From assembly GCA_002269645.1 (NCBI GenBank), contig NIVC01001653.1:5973-69972 (forward strand): a stretch of 64,000 bases of DNA, given 5' to 3'. The DNA comes from Macrostomum lignano (Eukaryota). The notes beneath the pieces were generated by a model. The model saw nothing but the letters and a program-made list of their open reading frames with translations. It did no database searches and was not told the origin of the DNA. This document shows positions 35,901-50,125 of the stretch, in pieces. Position numbers and translations under genes: made by a program. Every line of letters starts with the position of its first letter. Position 1 is the first letter of the stretch.

Positions 35901-38900
35901 AGATCTACTTGTGAATGCCGAGTCTAGATCTACTTGTGAATGGCCGAGTCTAGATCTACTTGTGAACGGCCGAGTCTAGATCTACTTGTGAACGGCCGAG
36001 TCTAGATCTACTTGTGAACGGCCGAGTCTAGATCTACTTGTGAACGGCCGAGTCTAGATCTACTTGTGAACGGCCGAGTCTAGATCTACTTGTGAATGCC
36101 GAGTCTAGATCTACTTGTGAATGACCGAGTCTAGATCTACTTGTGAACGGCCGAGTCTAGATCTACTTGTGAATGCCGAGTCTAGATCTACTTGTGAATG
36201 ACCGAGTCTAGATCTACTTGTGAATGACCGAGTCTAGATCTACTTGTGAATGACCGAGTCTAGATCTACTTGTGAATGACCGAGTCTAGATCTACTTGTG
36301 AATGACCGAGTCTAGATCTACTTGTGAATGACCGAGTCTAGATCTACTTGTGAATGACCGAGTCTAGATCTACTTGTGAATGACCGAGTCTAGATCTACT
36401 TGTGAATGCCGAGTCTAGATCTACTTGTGAATGACCGAGTCTAGATCTACTTGTGAATGACCGAGTCTAGATCTACTTGTGAATGACCGAGTCTAGATCT
36501 ACTTGTGAATGCCGAGTCTAGATCTACTTGTGAATGACCGAGTCTAGATCTACTTGTGAATGACCGAGTCTAGATCTACTTGTGAATGACCGAGTCTAGA
36601 TCTACTTGTGAATGACCGAGTCTAGATCTACTTGTGAATGACCGAGTCTAGATCTACTTGTGAATGACCGAGTCTAGATCTACTTGTGAATGACCGAGTC
36701 TAGATCTACTTGTGAATGACCGAGTCTAGATCTACTTGTGAATGACCGAGTCTAGATCTACTTGTGAATGCCGAGTCTAGATCTACTTGTGAATGCCGAG
36801 TCTAGATCTACTTGTGAACGGCCGAGTCTAGATCTACTTGTGAACGGCCGAGTCTAGATCTACTTGTGAACGGCCGAGTCTAGATCTACTTGTGAACGGC
36901 CGAGTCTAGATCTACTTGTGAACGGCCGAGTCTAGATCTACTTGTGAACGGCCGAGTCTAGATCTACTTGTGAACGGCCGAGTCTAGATCTACTTGTGAA
37001 TGCCGAGTCTAGATCTACTTGTGAACGGCCGAGTCTAGATCTACTTGTGAATGCCGAGTCTAGATCTACTTGTGAATGACCGAGTCTAGATCTACTTGTG
37101 AATGACCGAGTCTAGATCTACTTGTGAATGACCGAGTCTAGATCTACTTGTGAATGCCGAGTCTAGATCTACTTGTGAATGCCGAGTCTAGATCTACTTG
37201 TGAATGCCGAGTCTAGATCTACTTGTGAATGCCGAGTCTAGATCTACTTGTGAATGCCGAGTCTAGATCTACTTGTGAATGCCGAGTCTAGATCTACTTG
37301 TGAATGCCGAGTCTAGATCTACTTGTGAATGCCGAGTCTAGATCTACTTGTGAATGACCGAGTCTAGATCTACTTGTGAATGACCGAGTCTAGATCTACT
37401 TGTGAATGCCGAGTCTAGATCTACTTGTGAATGACCGAGTCTAGATCTACTTGTGAATGACCGAGTCTAGATCTACTTGTGAATGACCGAGTCTAGATCT
37501 ACTTGTGAATGCCGAGTCTAGATCTACTTGTGAATGACCGAGTCTAGATCTACTTGTGAATGACCGAGTCTAGATCTACTTGTGAATGACCGAGTCTAGA
37601 TCTACTTGTGAATGACCGAGTCTAGATCTACTTGTGAATGACCGAGTCTAGATCTACTTGTGAATGACCGAGTCTAGATCTACTTGTGAATGACCGAGTC
37701 TAGATCTACTTGTGAATGACCGAGTCTAGATCTACTTGTGAATGACCGAGTCTAGATCTACTTGTGAACGGCCGAGTCTAGATCTACTTGTGAATGACCG
37801 AGTCTAGATCTACTTGTGAATGACCGAGTCTAGATCTACTTGTGAATGCCGAGTCTAGATCTACTTGTGAATGACCGAGTCTAGATCTACTTGTGAATGA
37901 CCGAGTCTAGATCTACTTGTGAATGACCGAGTCTAGATCTACTTGTGAATGACCGAGTCTAGATCTACTTGTGAATGACCGAGTCTAGATCTACTTGTGA
38001 ATGACCGAGTCTAGATCTACTTGTGAATGCCGAGTCTAGATCTACTTGTGAATGACCGAGTCTAGATCTACTTGTGAATGACCGAGTCTAGATCTACTTG
38101 TGAATGGCCGAGTCTAGATCTACTTGTGAATGCCGAGTCTAGATCTACTTGTGAACGGCCGAGTCTAGATCTACTTGTGAATGCCGAGTCTAGATCTACT
38201 TGTGAACGGCCGAGTCTAGATCTACTTGTGAACGGCCGAGTCTAGATCTACTTGTGAATGCCGAGTCTAGATCTACTTGTGAACGGCCGAGTCTAGATCT
38301 ACTTGTGAATGCCGAGTCTAGATCTACTTGTGAATGGCCGAGTCTAGATCTACTTGTGAATGGCCGAGTCTAGATCTACTTGTGAATGCCGAGTCTAGAT
38401 CTACTTGTGAACGGCCGAGTCTAGATCTACTTGTGAATGCCGAGTCTAGATCTACTTGTGAATGCCGAGTCTAGATCTACTTGTGAATGCCGAGTCTAGA
38501 TCTACTTGTGAATGACCGAGTCTAGATCTACTTGTGAATGCCGAGTCTAGATCTACTTGTGAACGGCCGAGTCTAGATCTACTTGTGAATGACCGAGTCT
38601 AGATCTACTTGTGAATGACCGAGTCTAGATCTACTTGTGAATGACCGAGTCTAGATCTACTTGTGAATGACCGAGTCTAGATCTACTTGTGAATGACCGA
38701 GTCTAGATCTACTTGTGAATGCCGAGTCTAGATCTACTTGTGAATGACCGAGTCTAGATCTACTTGTGAATGACCGAGTCTAGATCTACTTGTGAATGCC
38801 GAGTCTAGATCTACTTGTGAATGCCGAGTCTAGATCTACTTGTGAATGACCGAGTCTAGATCTACTTGTGAATGCCGAGTCTAGATCTACTTGTGAATGC

Positions 38901-41900
38901 CGAGTCTAGATCTACTTGTGAATGCCGAGTCTAGATCTACTTGTGAATGCCGAGTCTAGATCTACTTGTGAATGACCGAGTCTAGATCTACTTGTGAATG
39001 ACCGAGTCTAGATCTACTTGTGAATGACCGAGTCTAGATCTACTTGTGAATGACCGAGTCTAGATCTACTTGTGAATGCCGAGTCTAGATCTACTTGTGA
39101 ATGCCGAGTCTAGATCTACTTGTGAACGGCCGAGTCTAGATCTACTTGTGAATGGCCGAGTCTAGATCTACTTGTGAATGCCGAGTCTAGATCTACTTGT
39201 GAACGGCCGAGTCTAGATCTACTTGTGAACGGCCGAGTCTAGATCTACTTGTGAACGGCCGAGTCTAGATCTACTTGTGAACGGCCGAGTCTAGATCTAC
39301 TTGTGAATGACCGAGTCTAGATCTACTTGTGAACGGCCGAGTCTAGATCTACTTGTGAATGACCGAGTCTAGATCTACTTGTGAATGACCGAGTCTAGAT
39401 CTACTTGTGAATGCCGAGTCTAGATCTACTTGTGAATGCCGAGTCTAGATCTACTTGTGAATGACCGAGTCTAGATCTACTTGTGAATGCCGAGTCTAGA
39501 TCTACTTGTGAATGACCGAGTCTAGATCTACTTGTGAATGCCGAGTCTAGATCTACTTGTGAATGGCCGAGTCTAGATCTACTTGTGAATGGCCGAGTCT
39601 AGATCTACTTGTGAATGCCGAGTCTAGATCTACTTGTGAATGCCGAGTCTAGATCTACTTGTGAACGGCCGAGTCTAGATCTACTTGTGAATGGCCGAGT
39701 CTAGATCTACTTGTGAACGGCCGAGTCTAGATCTACTTGTGAACGGCCGAGTCTAGATCTACTTGTGAATGCCGAGTCTAGATCTACTTGTGAATGCCGA
39801 GTCTAGATCTACTTGTGAACGGCCGAGTCTAGATCTACTTGTGAATGCCGAGTCTAGATCTACTTGTGAATGCCGAGTCTAGATCTACTTGTGAATGACC
39901 GAGTCTAGATCTACTTGTGAATGACCGAGTCTAGATCTACTTGTGAATGCCGAGTCTAGATCTACTTGTGAATGACCGAGTCTAGATCTACTTGTGAATG
40001 ACCGAGTCTAGATCTACTTGTGAATGACCGAGTCTAGATCTACTTGTGAATGCCGAGTCTAGATCTACTTGTGAATGACCGAGTCTAGATCTACTTGTGA
40101 ATGACCGAGTCTAGATCTACTTGTGAATGACCGAGTCTAGATCTACTTGTGAATGCCGAGTCTAGATCTACTTGTGAATGACCGAGTCTAGATCTACTTG
40201 TGAATGACCGAGTCTAGATCTACTTGTGAATGACCGAGTCTAGATCTACTTGTGAATGACCGAGTCTAGATCTACTTGTGAATGCCGAGTCTAGATCTAC
40301 TTGTGAATGACCGAGTCTAGATCTACTTGTGAATGACCGAGTCTAGATCTACTTGTGAATGACCGAGTCTAGATCTACTTGTGAATGACCGAGTCTAGAT
40401 CTACTTGTGAATGCCGAGTCTAGATCTACTTGTGAATGACCGAGTCTAGATCTACTTGTGAATGACCGAGTCTAGATCTACTTGTGAATGGCCGAGTCTA
40501 GATCTACTTGTGAATGCCGAGTCTAGATCTACTTGTGAACGGCCGAGTCTAGATCTACTTGTGAATGCCGAGTCTAGATCTACTTGTGAATGCCGAGTCT
40601 AGATCTACTTGTGAATGCCGAGTCTAGATCTACTTGTGAATGACCGAGTCTAGATCTACTTGTGAATGCCGAGTCTAGATCTACTTGTGAATGACCGAGT
40701 CTAGATCTATTGTGAATGACCGAGTCTAGATCTACTTGTGAATGACCGAGTCTAGATCTACTTGTGAATGACCGAGTCTAGATCTACTTGTGAATGCCGA
40801 GTCTAGATCTACTTGTGAATGCCGAGTCTAGATCTACTTGTGAACGGCCGAGTCTAGATCTACTTGTGAATGACCGAGTCTAGATCTACTTGTGAATGCC
40901 GAGTCTAGATCTACTTGTGAATGACCGAGTCTAGATCTACTTGTGAATGACCGAGTCTAGATCTACTTGTGAATGACCGAGTCTAGATCTACTTGTGAAT
41001 GACCGAGTCTAGATCTACTTGTGAATGCCGAGTCTAGATCTACTTGTGAATGACCGAGTCTAGATCTACTTGTGAATGCCGAGTCTAGATCTACTTGTGA
41101 ATGACCGAGTCTAGATCTACTTGTGAATGACCGAGTCTAGATCTACTTGTGAATGCCGAGTCTAGATCTACTTGTGAATGACCGAGTCTAGATCTACTTG
41201 TGAATGGCCGAGTCTAGATCTACTTGTGAATGGCCGAGTCTAGATCTACTTGTGAACGGCCGAGTCTAGATCTACTTGTGAACGGCCGAGTCTAGATCTA
41301 CTTGTGAATGGCCGAGTCTAGATCTACTTGTGAACGGCCGAGTCTAGATCTACTTGTGAACGGCCGAGTCTAGATCTACTTGTGAACGGCCGAGTCTAGA
41401 TCTACTTGTGAACGGCCGAGTCTAGATCTACTTGTGAATGCCGAGTCTAGATCTACTTGTGAATGGCCGAGTCTAGATCTACTTGTGAATGCCGAGTCTA
41501 GATCTACTTGTGAATGGCCGAGTCTAGATCTACTTGTGAACGGCCGAGTCTAGATCTACTTGTGAATGACCGAGTCTAGATCTACTTGTGAATGACCGAG
41601 TCTAGATCTACTTGTGAATGCCGAGTCTAGATCTACTTGTGAATGACCGAGTCTAGATCTACTTGTGAATGCCGAGTCTAGATCTACTTGTGAATGGCCG
41701 AGTCTAGATCTACTTGTGAATGACCGAGTCTAGATCTACTTGTGAATGACCGAGTCTAGATCTAATTGTGAATGACCGAGTCTAGATCTACTTGTGAATG
41801 ACCGAGTCTAGATCTACTTGTGAATGACCGAGTCTAGATCTACTTGTGAACGGCCGAGTCTAGATCTACTTGTGAATGACCGAGTCTAGATCTACTTGTG

Positions 41901-44900
41901 AATGACCGAGTCTAGATCTACTTGTGAATGACCGAGTCTAGATCTACTTGTGAACGGCCGAGTCTAGATCTACTTGTGAATGACCGAGTCTAGATCTACT
42001 TGTGAATGACCGAGTCTAGATCTACTTGTGAATGGCCGAGTCTAGATCTACTTGTGAATGACCGAGTCTAGATCTACTTGTGAACGGCCGAGTCTAGATC
42101 TACTTGTGAATGACCGAGTCTAGATCTACTTGTGAATGACCGAGTCTAGATCTACTTGTGAATGGCCGAGTCTAGATCTACTTGTGAATGACCGAGTCTA
42201 GATCTACTTGTGAATGCCGAGTCTAGATCTACTTGTGAATGGCCGAGTCTAGATCTACTTGTGAATGCCGAGTCTAGATCTACTTGTGAATGCCGAGTCT
42301 AGATCTAATTGTGAACGGCCGAGTCTAGATCTACTTGTGAACGGCCGAGTCTAGATCTACTTGTGAATGACCGAGTCTAGATCTACTTGTGAATGCCGAG
42401 TCTAGATCTACTTGTGAAACGGCCGAGTCTAGATCTACTTGTGAATGACCGAGTCTAGATCTAATTGTGAACGGCCGAGTCTAGATCTACTTGTGAATGA
42501 CCGAGTCTAGATCTACTTGTGAATGACCGAGTCTAGATCTACTTGTGAATGACCGAGTCTAGATCTACTTGTGAATGGCCGAGTCTAGATCTACTTGTGA
42601 ATGACCGAGTCTAGATCTACTTGTGAATGCCGAGTCTAGATCTACTTGTGAATGACCGAGTCTAGATCTACTTGTGAATGCCGAGTCTAGATCTACTTGT
42701 GAATGCCGAGTCTAGATCTACTTGTGAACGGCCGAGTCTAGATCTACTTGTGAACGGCCGAGTCTAGATCTACTTGTGAATGCCGAGTCTAGATCTAATT
42801 GTGAACGGCCGAGTCTAGATCTACTTGTGAATGGCCGAGTCTAGATCTACTTGTGAATGCCGAGTCTAGATCTACTTGTGAACGGCCGAGTCTAGATCTA
42901 CTTGTGAATGCCGAGTCTAGATCTACTTGTGAATGGCCGAGTCTAGATCTACTTGTGAACGGCCGAGTCTAGATCTACTTGTGAACGGCCGAGTCTAGAT
43001 CTATTGTGAACGGCCGAGTCTAGATCTACTTGTGAATGACCGAGTCTAGATCTACTTGTGAATGACCGAGTCTAGATCTACTTGTGAACGGCCGAGTCTA
43101 GATCTACTTGTGAATGACCGAGTCTAGATCTACTTGTGAATGACCGAGTCTAGATCTACTTGTGAACGGCCGAGTCTAGATCTACTTGTGAATGCCGAGT
43201 CTAGATCTACTTGTGAATGACCGAGTCTAGATCTACTTGTGAATGACCGAGTCTAGATCTACTTGTGAATGACCGAGTCTAGATTTACTTGTGAATGACC
43301 GAGTCTAGATCTAATTGTGAACGGCCGAGTCTAGATCTACTTGTGAATGGCCGAGTCTAGATCTACTTGTGAATGACCGAGTCTAGATCTACTTGTGAAT
43401 GACCGAGTCTAGATCTACTTGTGAATGCCGAGTCTAGATCTACTTGTGAATGACCGAGTCTAGATCTACTTGTGAATGACCGAGTCTAGATCTACTTGTG
43501 AATGACCGAGTCTAGATCTACTTGTGAATGACCGAGTCTAGATCTACTTGTGAACGGCCGAGTCTAGATCTACTTGTGAATGACCGAGTCTAGATCTAAT
43601 TGTGAATGACCGAGTCTAGATCTACTTGTGAATGGCCGAGTCTAGATCTACTTGTGAATGACCGAGTCTAGATCTACTTGTGAACGGCCGAGTCTAGATC
43701 TACTTGTGAATGGCCGAGTCTAGATCTAATTGTGAACGGCCGAGTCTAGATCTACTTGTGAACGGCCGAGTCTAGATCTAATTGTGAACGGCCGAGTCTA
43801 GATCTACTTGTGAACGGCCGAGTCTAGATCTACTTGTGAATGACCGAGTCTAGATCTACTTGTGAACGGCCGAGTCTAGATCTACTTGTGAACGGCCGAG
43901 TCTAGATCTACTTGTGAATGACCGAGTCTAGATCTAATTGTGAACGGCCGAGTCTAGATCTACTTGTGAATGACCGAGTCTAGATCTACTTGTGAATGAC
44001 CGAGTCTAGATCTACTTGTGAATGACTGAGTCTAGATCTACTTGTGAATGGCCGAGTCTAGATCTAATTGTGAACGGCCGAGTCTAGATCTACTTGTGAA
44101 CGGCCGAGTCTAGATCTAATTGTGAACGGCCGAGTCTAGATCTACTTGTGAACGGCCGAGTCTAGATCTACTTTTGAATGGCCGAGTCTAGATCTACTTG
44201 TGAATGACCGAGTCTAGATCTACTTGTGAATGAAAGAGTCTAGATCTACTTGTGAATGGCCGAGTCTAGATCTACTTGTGAATGGCCGAGTCTAGATCTA
44301 CTTGTGAATGAAAGAGTCTAGATCTACTTGTGAATGACCGAGTCTAGATCTACTTGTGAATGACCGTGTCTAGATCTAATTGTGAACGGCCGAGTCTAGA
44401 TCTAATTGTGAATGGCCGAGTCTAGATCTACTTGTGAATGACCGAGTCTTGATCTAATTGTGAATGACCGAGTCTAGATCTACTTGTGAATGACCGAGTC
44501 TAGATTTACTTGTGAATGACCGAGTCTAGATCTAATTGTGAACGGCCGAGTCTAGATCTACTTGTGAACGGCCGAATCTAGATCTACTTGTGAATGACCG
44601 AATTTAGATCTACTTGTGAATGACCGTGTCTAGATCTAATTGTGAACGGCCAGTCTAGATCTACTTGTGAATGACCGAATCTAGATCTACTTGTGAATGA
44701 CCGAGTCTAGATCTACTTGTGAACGGCCGAGTCTAGATCTACTTGTGAATGACCGAGTCTAGATCTACTTGTGAATGACCGAGTCTAGATCTACTTGTGA
44801 ATGAACGAGTCTAGATCTACTTGTGAACGGCCGAGTCTAGATCTACTTGTGAATGACCGAGTCTAGATCTAATTGTGAATGACCGAGTCTAGATCTACTT

Positions 44901-47852
44901 GTGAACGGCCGAGTCTAGATCTACTTGTGAATGACCGAGTCTAGATCTACTTGTGAACGGCCGAGTCTAGATCTACTTGTGAATGGCCGAGTCTAGATCT
45001 AATTGTGAACGGCCGAGTCCAGATCTACTTGTGAACGGCCGAGTCTAGATCTAATTGTGAACGGCCGAGTCTAGATCTACTTGTGAACGGCCGAGTCTAG
45101 ATCTACTTGTGAATGACCGAGTCTAGATCTACTTGTAAATGGCCGAGTCTAGATCTACTTGTGAACGGCCGAGTCTAGATCTACTTGTGAATGACCGAGT
45201 CTAGATCTAATTGTGAACGGCCGAGTCTAGATCTTATTGTGAATGACCGTGTCTAGATCTACTTGTGAATGACCGAGTCTAGATCTACTTGTGAATGACC
45301 GAGTCTAGATCTACTTGTGAATGGCCGAGTCTAGATCTAATTGTGAACGGCCGAGTCTAGATCTACTTGTGAACGGCCGAGTCTAGATCTAATTGTGAAC
45401 GGCCGAGTCTAGATCTACTTGTGAACGGCCGAGTCTAGATCTACTTGTGAATGACCGAGTCTAGATCTACTTGTGAACGGCCGAGTCTAGATCTACTTGT
45501 GAATGACCGAGTCTAGATCTACTTGTGAATGACCGAGTCTAGATCTACTTGTGAATGGCCGAGTCTAGATCTACTTGTGAATGACCGAGTCTAGATCTAC
45601 TTGTAAATGACCGAGTCTAGATCTACTTGTGAATGACCGAGGCTAGATCTACTTGTGAACGCCTGAACGGCCGAGTCTAGATCTTCTTGTGAATGGCCGA
45701 GTCTAGATCTACTTGTGAACGCCTGACCGAGTCTAGATCTTCTTGTGAATGGCCGAGTCTAGATCTACTTGTGAATGACCGAGTCTAGATCTAATTGTGA
45801 ATGACTGAGTCTAGATCTACTTGTGAATGGCCGAGTCTAGATCTAATTGTGAACGGCCGAGTCTAGATCTACTTGTGAACGGCCGAGTCTAGATCTACTT
45901 GTGAATGGCCGAGTCTAGATCTACTTGTAAACGGCCAAGTCTAGATCTACTTGTGAATGACCGAGTCTAGATCTACTTGTGAACGGCCGAGTCTAGATCT
46001 ACTTTTGAATGGCCGAGTCTAGATCTACTTGTGAATGACCGAGTCTAGATCTACTTGTGAATGAAAGAGTCTAGATCTACTTGTGAATGGCCGAGTCTAG
46101 ATCTACTTGTGAATGGCCGAGTCTAGATCTACTTGTGAATGAAAGAGTCTAGATCTACTTGTGAATGACCGAGTCTAGATCTACTTGTGAATGACCGTGT
46201 CTAGATCTAATTGTGAACGGCCGAGTCTAGATCTAATTGTGAATGGCCGAGTCTAGATCTACTTGTGAATGACCGAGTCTTGATCTAATTGTGAATGACC
46301 GAGTCTAGATCTACTTGTGAATGACCGAGTCTAGATCTACTTGTGAATGACCGAGTCTAGATCTAATTGTGAACGGCCGAGTCTAGATCTACTTGTGAAC
46401 GGCCGAATCTAGATCTACTTGTGAATGACCGAATTTAGATCTACTTGTGAATGACCGTGTCTAGATCTAATTGTGAACGGCCCAGTCTAGATCTACTTGT
46501 GAATGACCGAATCTAGATCTACTTGTGAATGACCGAGTCTAGATCTACTTGTGAACGGCCGAGTCTAGATCTACTTGTGAATGACCGAGTCTAGATCTAC
46601 TTGTGAATGACCGAGTCTAGATCTACTTGTGAATGAACGAGTCTAGATCTACTTGTGAACGGCCGAGTCTAGATCTACTTGTGAATGACCGAGTCTAGAT
46701 CTAATTGTGAATGACCGAGTCTAGATCTACTTGTGAACGGCCGAGTCTAGATCTACTTGTGAATGACCGAGTCTAGATCTACTTGTGAACGGCCGAGTCT
46801 AGATCTACTTGTGAATGGCCGAGTCTAGATCTAATTGTGAACGGCCGAGTCCAGATCTACTTGTGAACGGCCGAGTCTAGATCTAATTGTGAACGGCCGA
46901 GTCTAGATCTACTTGTGAACGGCCGAGTCTAGATCTACTTGTGAATGACCGAGTCTAGATCTACTTGTAAATGGCCGAGTCTAGATCTACTTGTGAACGG
47001 CCGAGTCTAGATCTACTTGTGAATGACCGAGTCTAGATCTAATTGTGAACGGCCGAGTCTAGATCTTATTGTGAATGACCGTGTCTAGATCTACTTGTGA
47101 ATGACCGAGTCTAGATCTACTTGTGAATGAAAGAGTCTAGATCTACTTGTGAATGGCCGAGTCTAGATCTAATTGTGAACGGCCGAGTCTAGATCTACTT
47201 GTGAACGGCCGAGTCTAGATCTAATTGTGAACGGCCGAGTCTAGATCTACTTGTGAACGGCCGAGTCTAGATCTACTTGTGAATGACCGAGTCTAGATCT
47301 ACTTGTGAACGGCCGAGTCTAGATCTACTTGTGAATGACCGAGTCTAGATCTACTTGTGAATGACCGAGTCTAGATCTACTTGTGAATGGCCGAGTCTAG
47401 ATCTACTTGTGAATGACCGAGTCTAGATCTACTTGTAAATGACCGAGTCTAGATCTACTTGTGAATGACCGAGGCTAGATCTACTTGTGAACGCCTGAAC
47501 GGCCGAGTCTAGATCTTCTTGTGAATGGCCGAGTCTAGATCTACTTGTGAATGACCGAGTTTAGATCTAATTGTGAATGACTGAGTCTAGATCTACTTGT
47601 GAATGGCCGAGTCTAGATCTAATTGTGAACGGCCGAGTCTAGATCTACTTGTGAACGGCCGAGTCTAGATCTACTTGTGAATGACCGAGTCTAGATCTAC
47701 TTGTGAATGGCCGAGTCTAGATCTACTTGTGAATGGCCGAGTCTAGATCTACTTGTAAACGGCCAAGTCTAGATCTACTTGTGAATGACCGAGTCTAGAT
47801 CTACTTGTGAACGGCCGAGTCTAGATCTACTTGTGAATGGCCGAGTCTAGAT
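29954..47852. repeat. ~17.9-kb satellite of a 26-bp unit (CCGAGTCTAGATCTACTTGTGAATGA), roughly 690 copies
   Basis: Uninterrupted tandem units; main variants GAA[TGA|TG|TGG|CGG]CCGAG; each unit carries overlapping palindromes TCTAGA and TAGATCTA; no ORFs in the track. Confidence 0.99.
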
Positions 47853-48106
47853 CAGGGGGGTCGCCACCTGGGGGGGGGCACATGCCAATGCTTTGTCATC
47901 CCACCTCACCTTGTGACCTGTTGTGGTATTCAATAAGTTTGCTTCAGGGCGCCAGAATATAGCGCCTTTGACGCCAAGAGAGTGCTAGCAACACCGATTC
48001 TCAAAATAATGTACATGTAGGAATTTAGTCATGTACATGTAGCTCTTGCCTCGTAGAATTCTTAGCTTTGTACCCCCCCCCACCATGAAATCCATGGCGA
48101 GGACTG
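47853..48106. mobile_element. Possible MITE remnant abutting the satellite end
   Basis: CAGGGGGGTCGCCA...G8CACA at the left and TGTA-C9...TGGCGAGGACTG at the right form imperfect inverted ends; no TSD found. Confidence 0.3.
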
Positions 48107-49226
48107 AGTCTATCTTCTCCTAAATAACCGACTCAATCTCATTTTTAAAGTGACTGATTCAGTTTAAATTTGGCTCTGCTCGTAGCTCCTGCTTGGGGGG
48201 GGAGGCAGAAGCATCTGTTTAACCTGAAACTGAAATCCATGTTTACTGACTTCACTGGCCAAACATGCAAGTTCGCATTCGCTTCTCCGTTAACCCCCCC
48301 CCCAAGGCGAAGGAATTGCCGGAAAACGTGTCTGACTGCATTGTTTGCCAATAGTGTCTACCTCCTGAACCTGTGGAACCATGGCGATTTAAAACAAAGT
48401 TAATCTTAAATAGTTGTACCAAGGACCACTGTAGTACAACGGGACGGACAACTCAAAGATTGCGGCGAAAATTTTCAGAATGTCGATTTCATGCAAAAAA
48501 AACACTGCGAACATTGGGAACACATTTTTTATCACAAAATCAATGATTGCTTTTGATCTGGGGCAGTGAAGATTACCATTCTATTAATTTAGCACGCAAA
48601 ACACGTTACTCAATTGTATTTTATACGCTCGTAGTTGTGCAGCGAAAGTTTCAATTTTGTATTGTCTTGTTTTTTTATAAGCCCAAGCCAAAGTTGTAAA
48701 TACTCAAAGGTGAATTTTTTTGTTTTGTTTCAAAAATCCATAATATCCATATGGCTGTACTTTCGTACTTTTAGGATCAAGTTAATCACATTTTTAATGG
48801 ACGCTGCACATCCTGAGAAACTTCTGCATCTTACACCATAATGTACTCCCCAGGATGCTTTCGGCACCTTATCATTGGCCAGCCAATGGTAAGAGAGACG
48901 GTATGCTTCACTATCCCACGTGAAACGGCTGCTTATAGTGAGATAGAGATGCTGAAAGCAAGTCAATAGAAATCTAATGACAACTGCTGATGAGGCGCCA
49001 GTCTCTGCGTTGGAGTTACTGCTGCATTAAATCCCAACCTTAGTATATCCGTGATGGATCAAAGTTGAATGAATTCATGGAGTTCAACATCAGCGCTTCA
49101 GTTGATAACGCAACATCCGGTTCAGGGGATCTGCACCCAGCCTCCGTGTTCTTCTCTGCCTGGCTGGGTAAACACACTGACGTATATTGTACCAGAATTC
49201 TCTTTATTTAACGTATCTTTATTCTG

Positions 49227-50125
49227 GAGTGATTCTCAGGGTTGGGAGGCAACAGATCAGGAGTGATTCTCAGGGTTTGGAGACAACAGATCAGGAGTGA
49301 TTCTCAGGGTTTGGAGACAACAGATCAGGAGTGACTCTCAGGGTTTGGAGACAACAGATCAGGAGTGATTCTCAGGGTTTGGAGACAACAGATCAGGAGT
49401 GATTCTCAGGGTTTGGAGACAACAGATCAGGAGTGACTCTCAGGGTTTGGAGACAACAGATCAGGAGTGATTCTCAGGGTTTGGAGACAACAGATCAGGA
49501 GTGACTCTCAGGGTTTGGAGACAACAGATCAGGAGTGATTCTCAGGGTTGGGTGACAACAGATCAGGAGTGACTCTCAGGGTTGGGAGACAACAGATCAG
49601 GAGTGACTCTCAGGGTTTGGAGACAACAGATCAGGAGTGACTCTCAGGGTTTGGAGACAACAGATCAGGAGTGACTCTCAGGGTTTGGAGACAACAGATC
49701 AGGAGTGACTCTCAGGGTTTGGAGACAACAGATCAGGAGTGACTCTCAGGGTTGGGTGACAACAGATCAGGAGTGACTCTCAGGGTTGGGAGACAACAGA
49801 TCAGGAGTGACTCTCAGGGTTTGGAGACAACAGATCAGGAGTGACTCTCAGGGTTTGGAGACAACAGATCAGGAGTGACTCTCAGGGTTTGGAGACAACA
49901 GATCAGGAGTGACTCTCAGGGTTTGGAGACAACAGATCAGGAGTGACTCTCAGGGTCGGGTGACAACAGATCAGGAGTGACTCTCAGGGTTGGGAGACAA
50001 CAGATCAGGAGTGACTCTCAGGGTTTGGAGACAACAGATCAGGAGTGACTCTCAGGGTTTGGAGACAACAGATCAGGAGTGACTCTCAGGGTTGGGAGAC
50101 AACAGATCAGGAGTGATTCTCAGGG
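49227..50125. repeat. 34-bp minisatellite (GAGTGAYTCTCAGGGTTTGGAGACAACAGATCAG), ~26 copies
   Basis: Period 34 measured between gagtga at 49261 and 49295. Confidence 0.97.

Noticed and set aside
29954-47852. CRISPR array (26-bp partly palindromic repeat)
   Set aside because: Units are head-to-tail with no unique spacers, there are no cas genes, and the context is eukaryotic.
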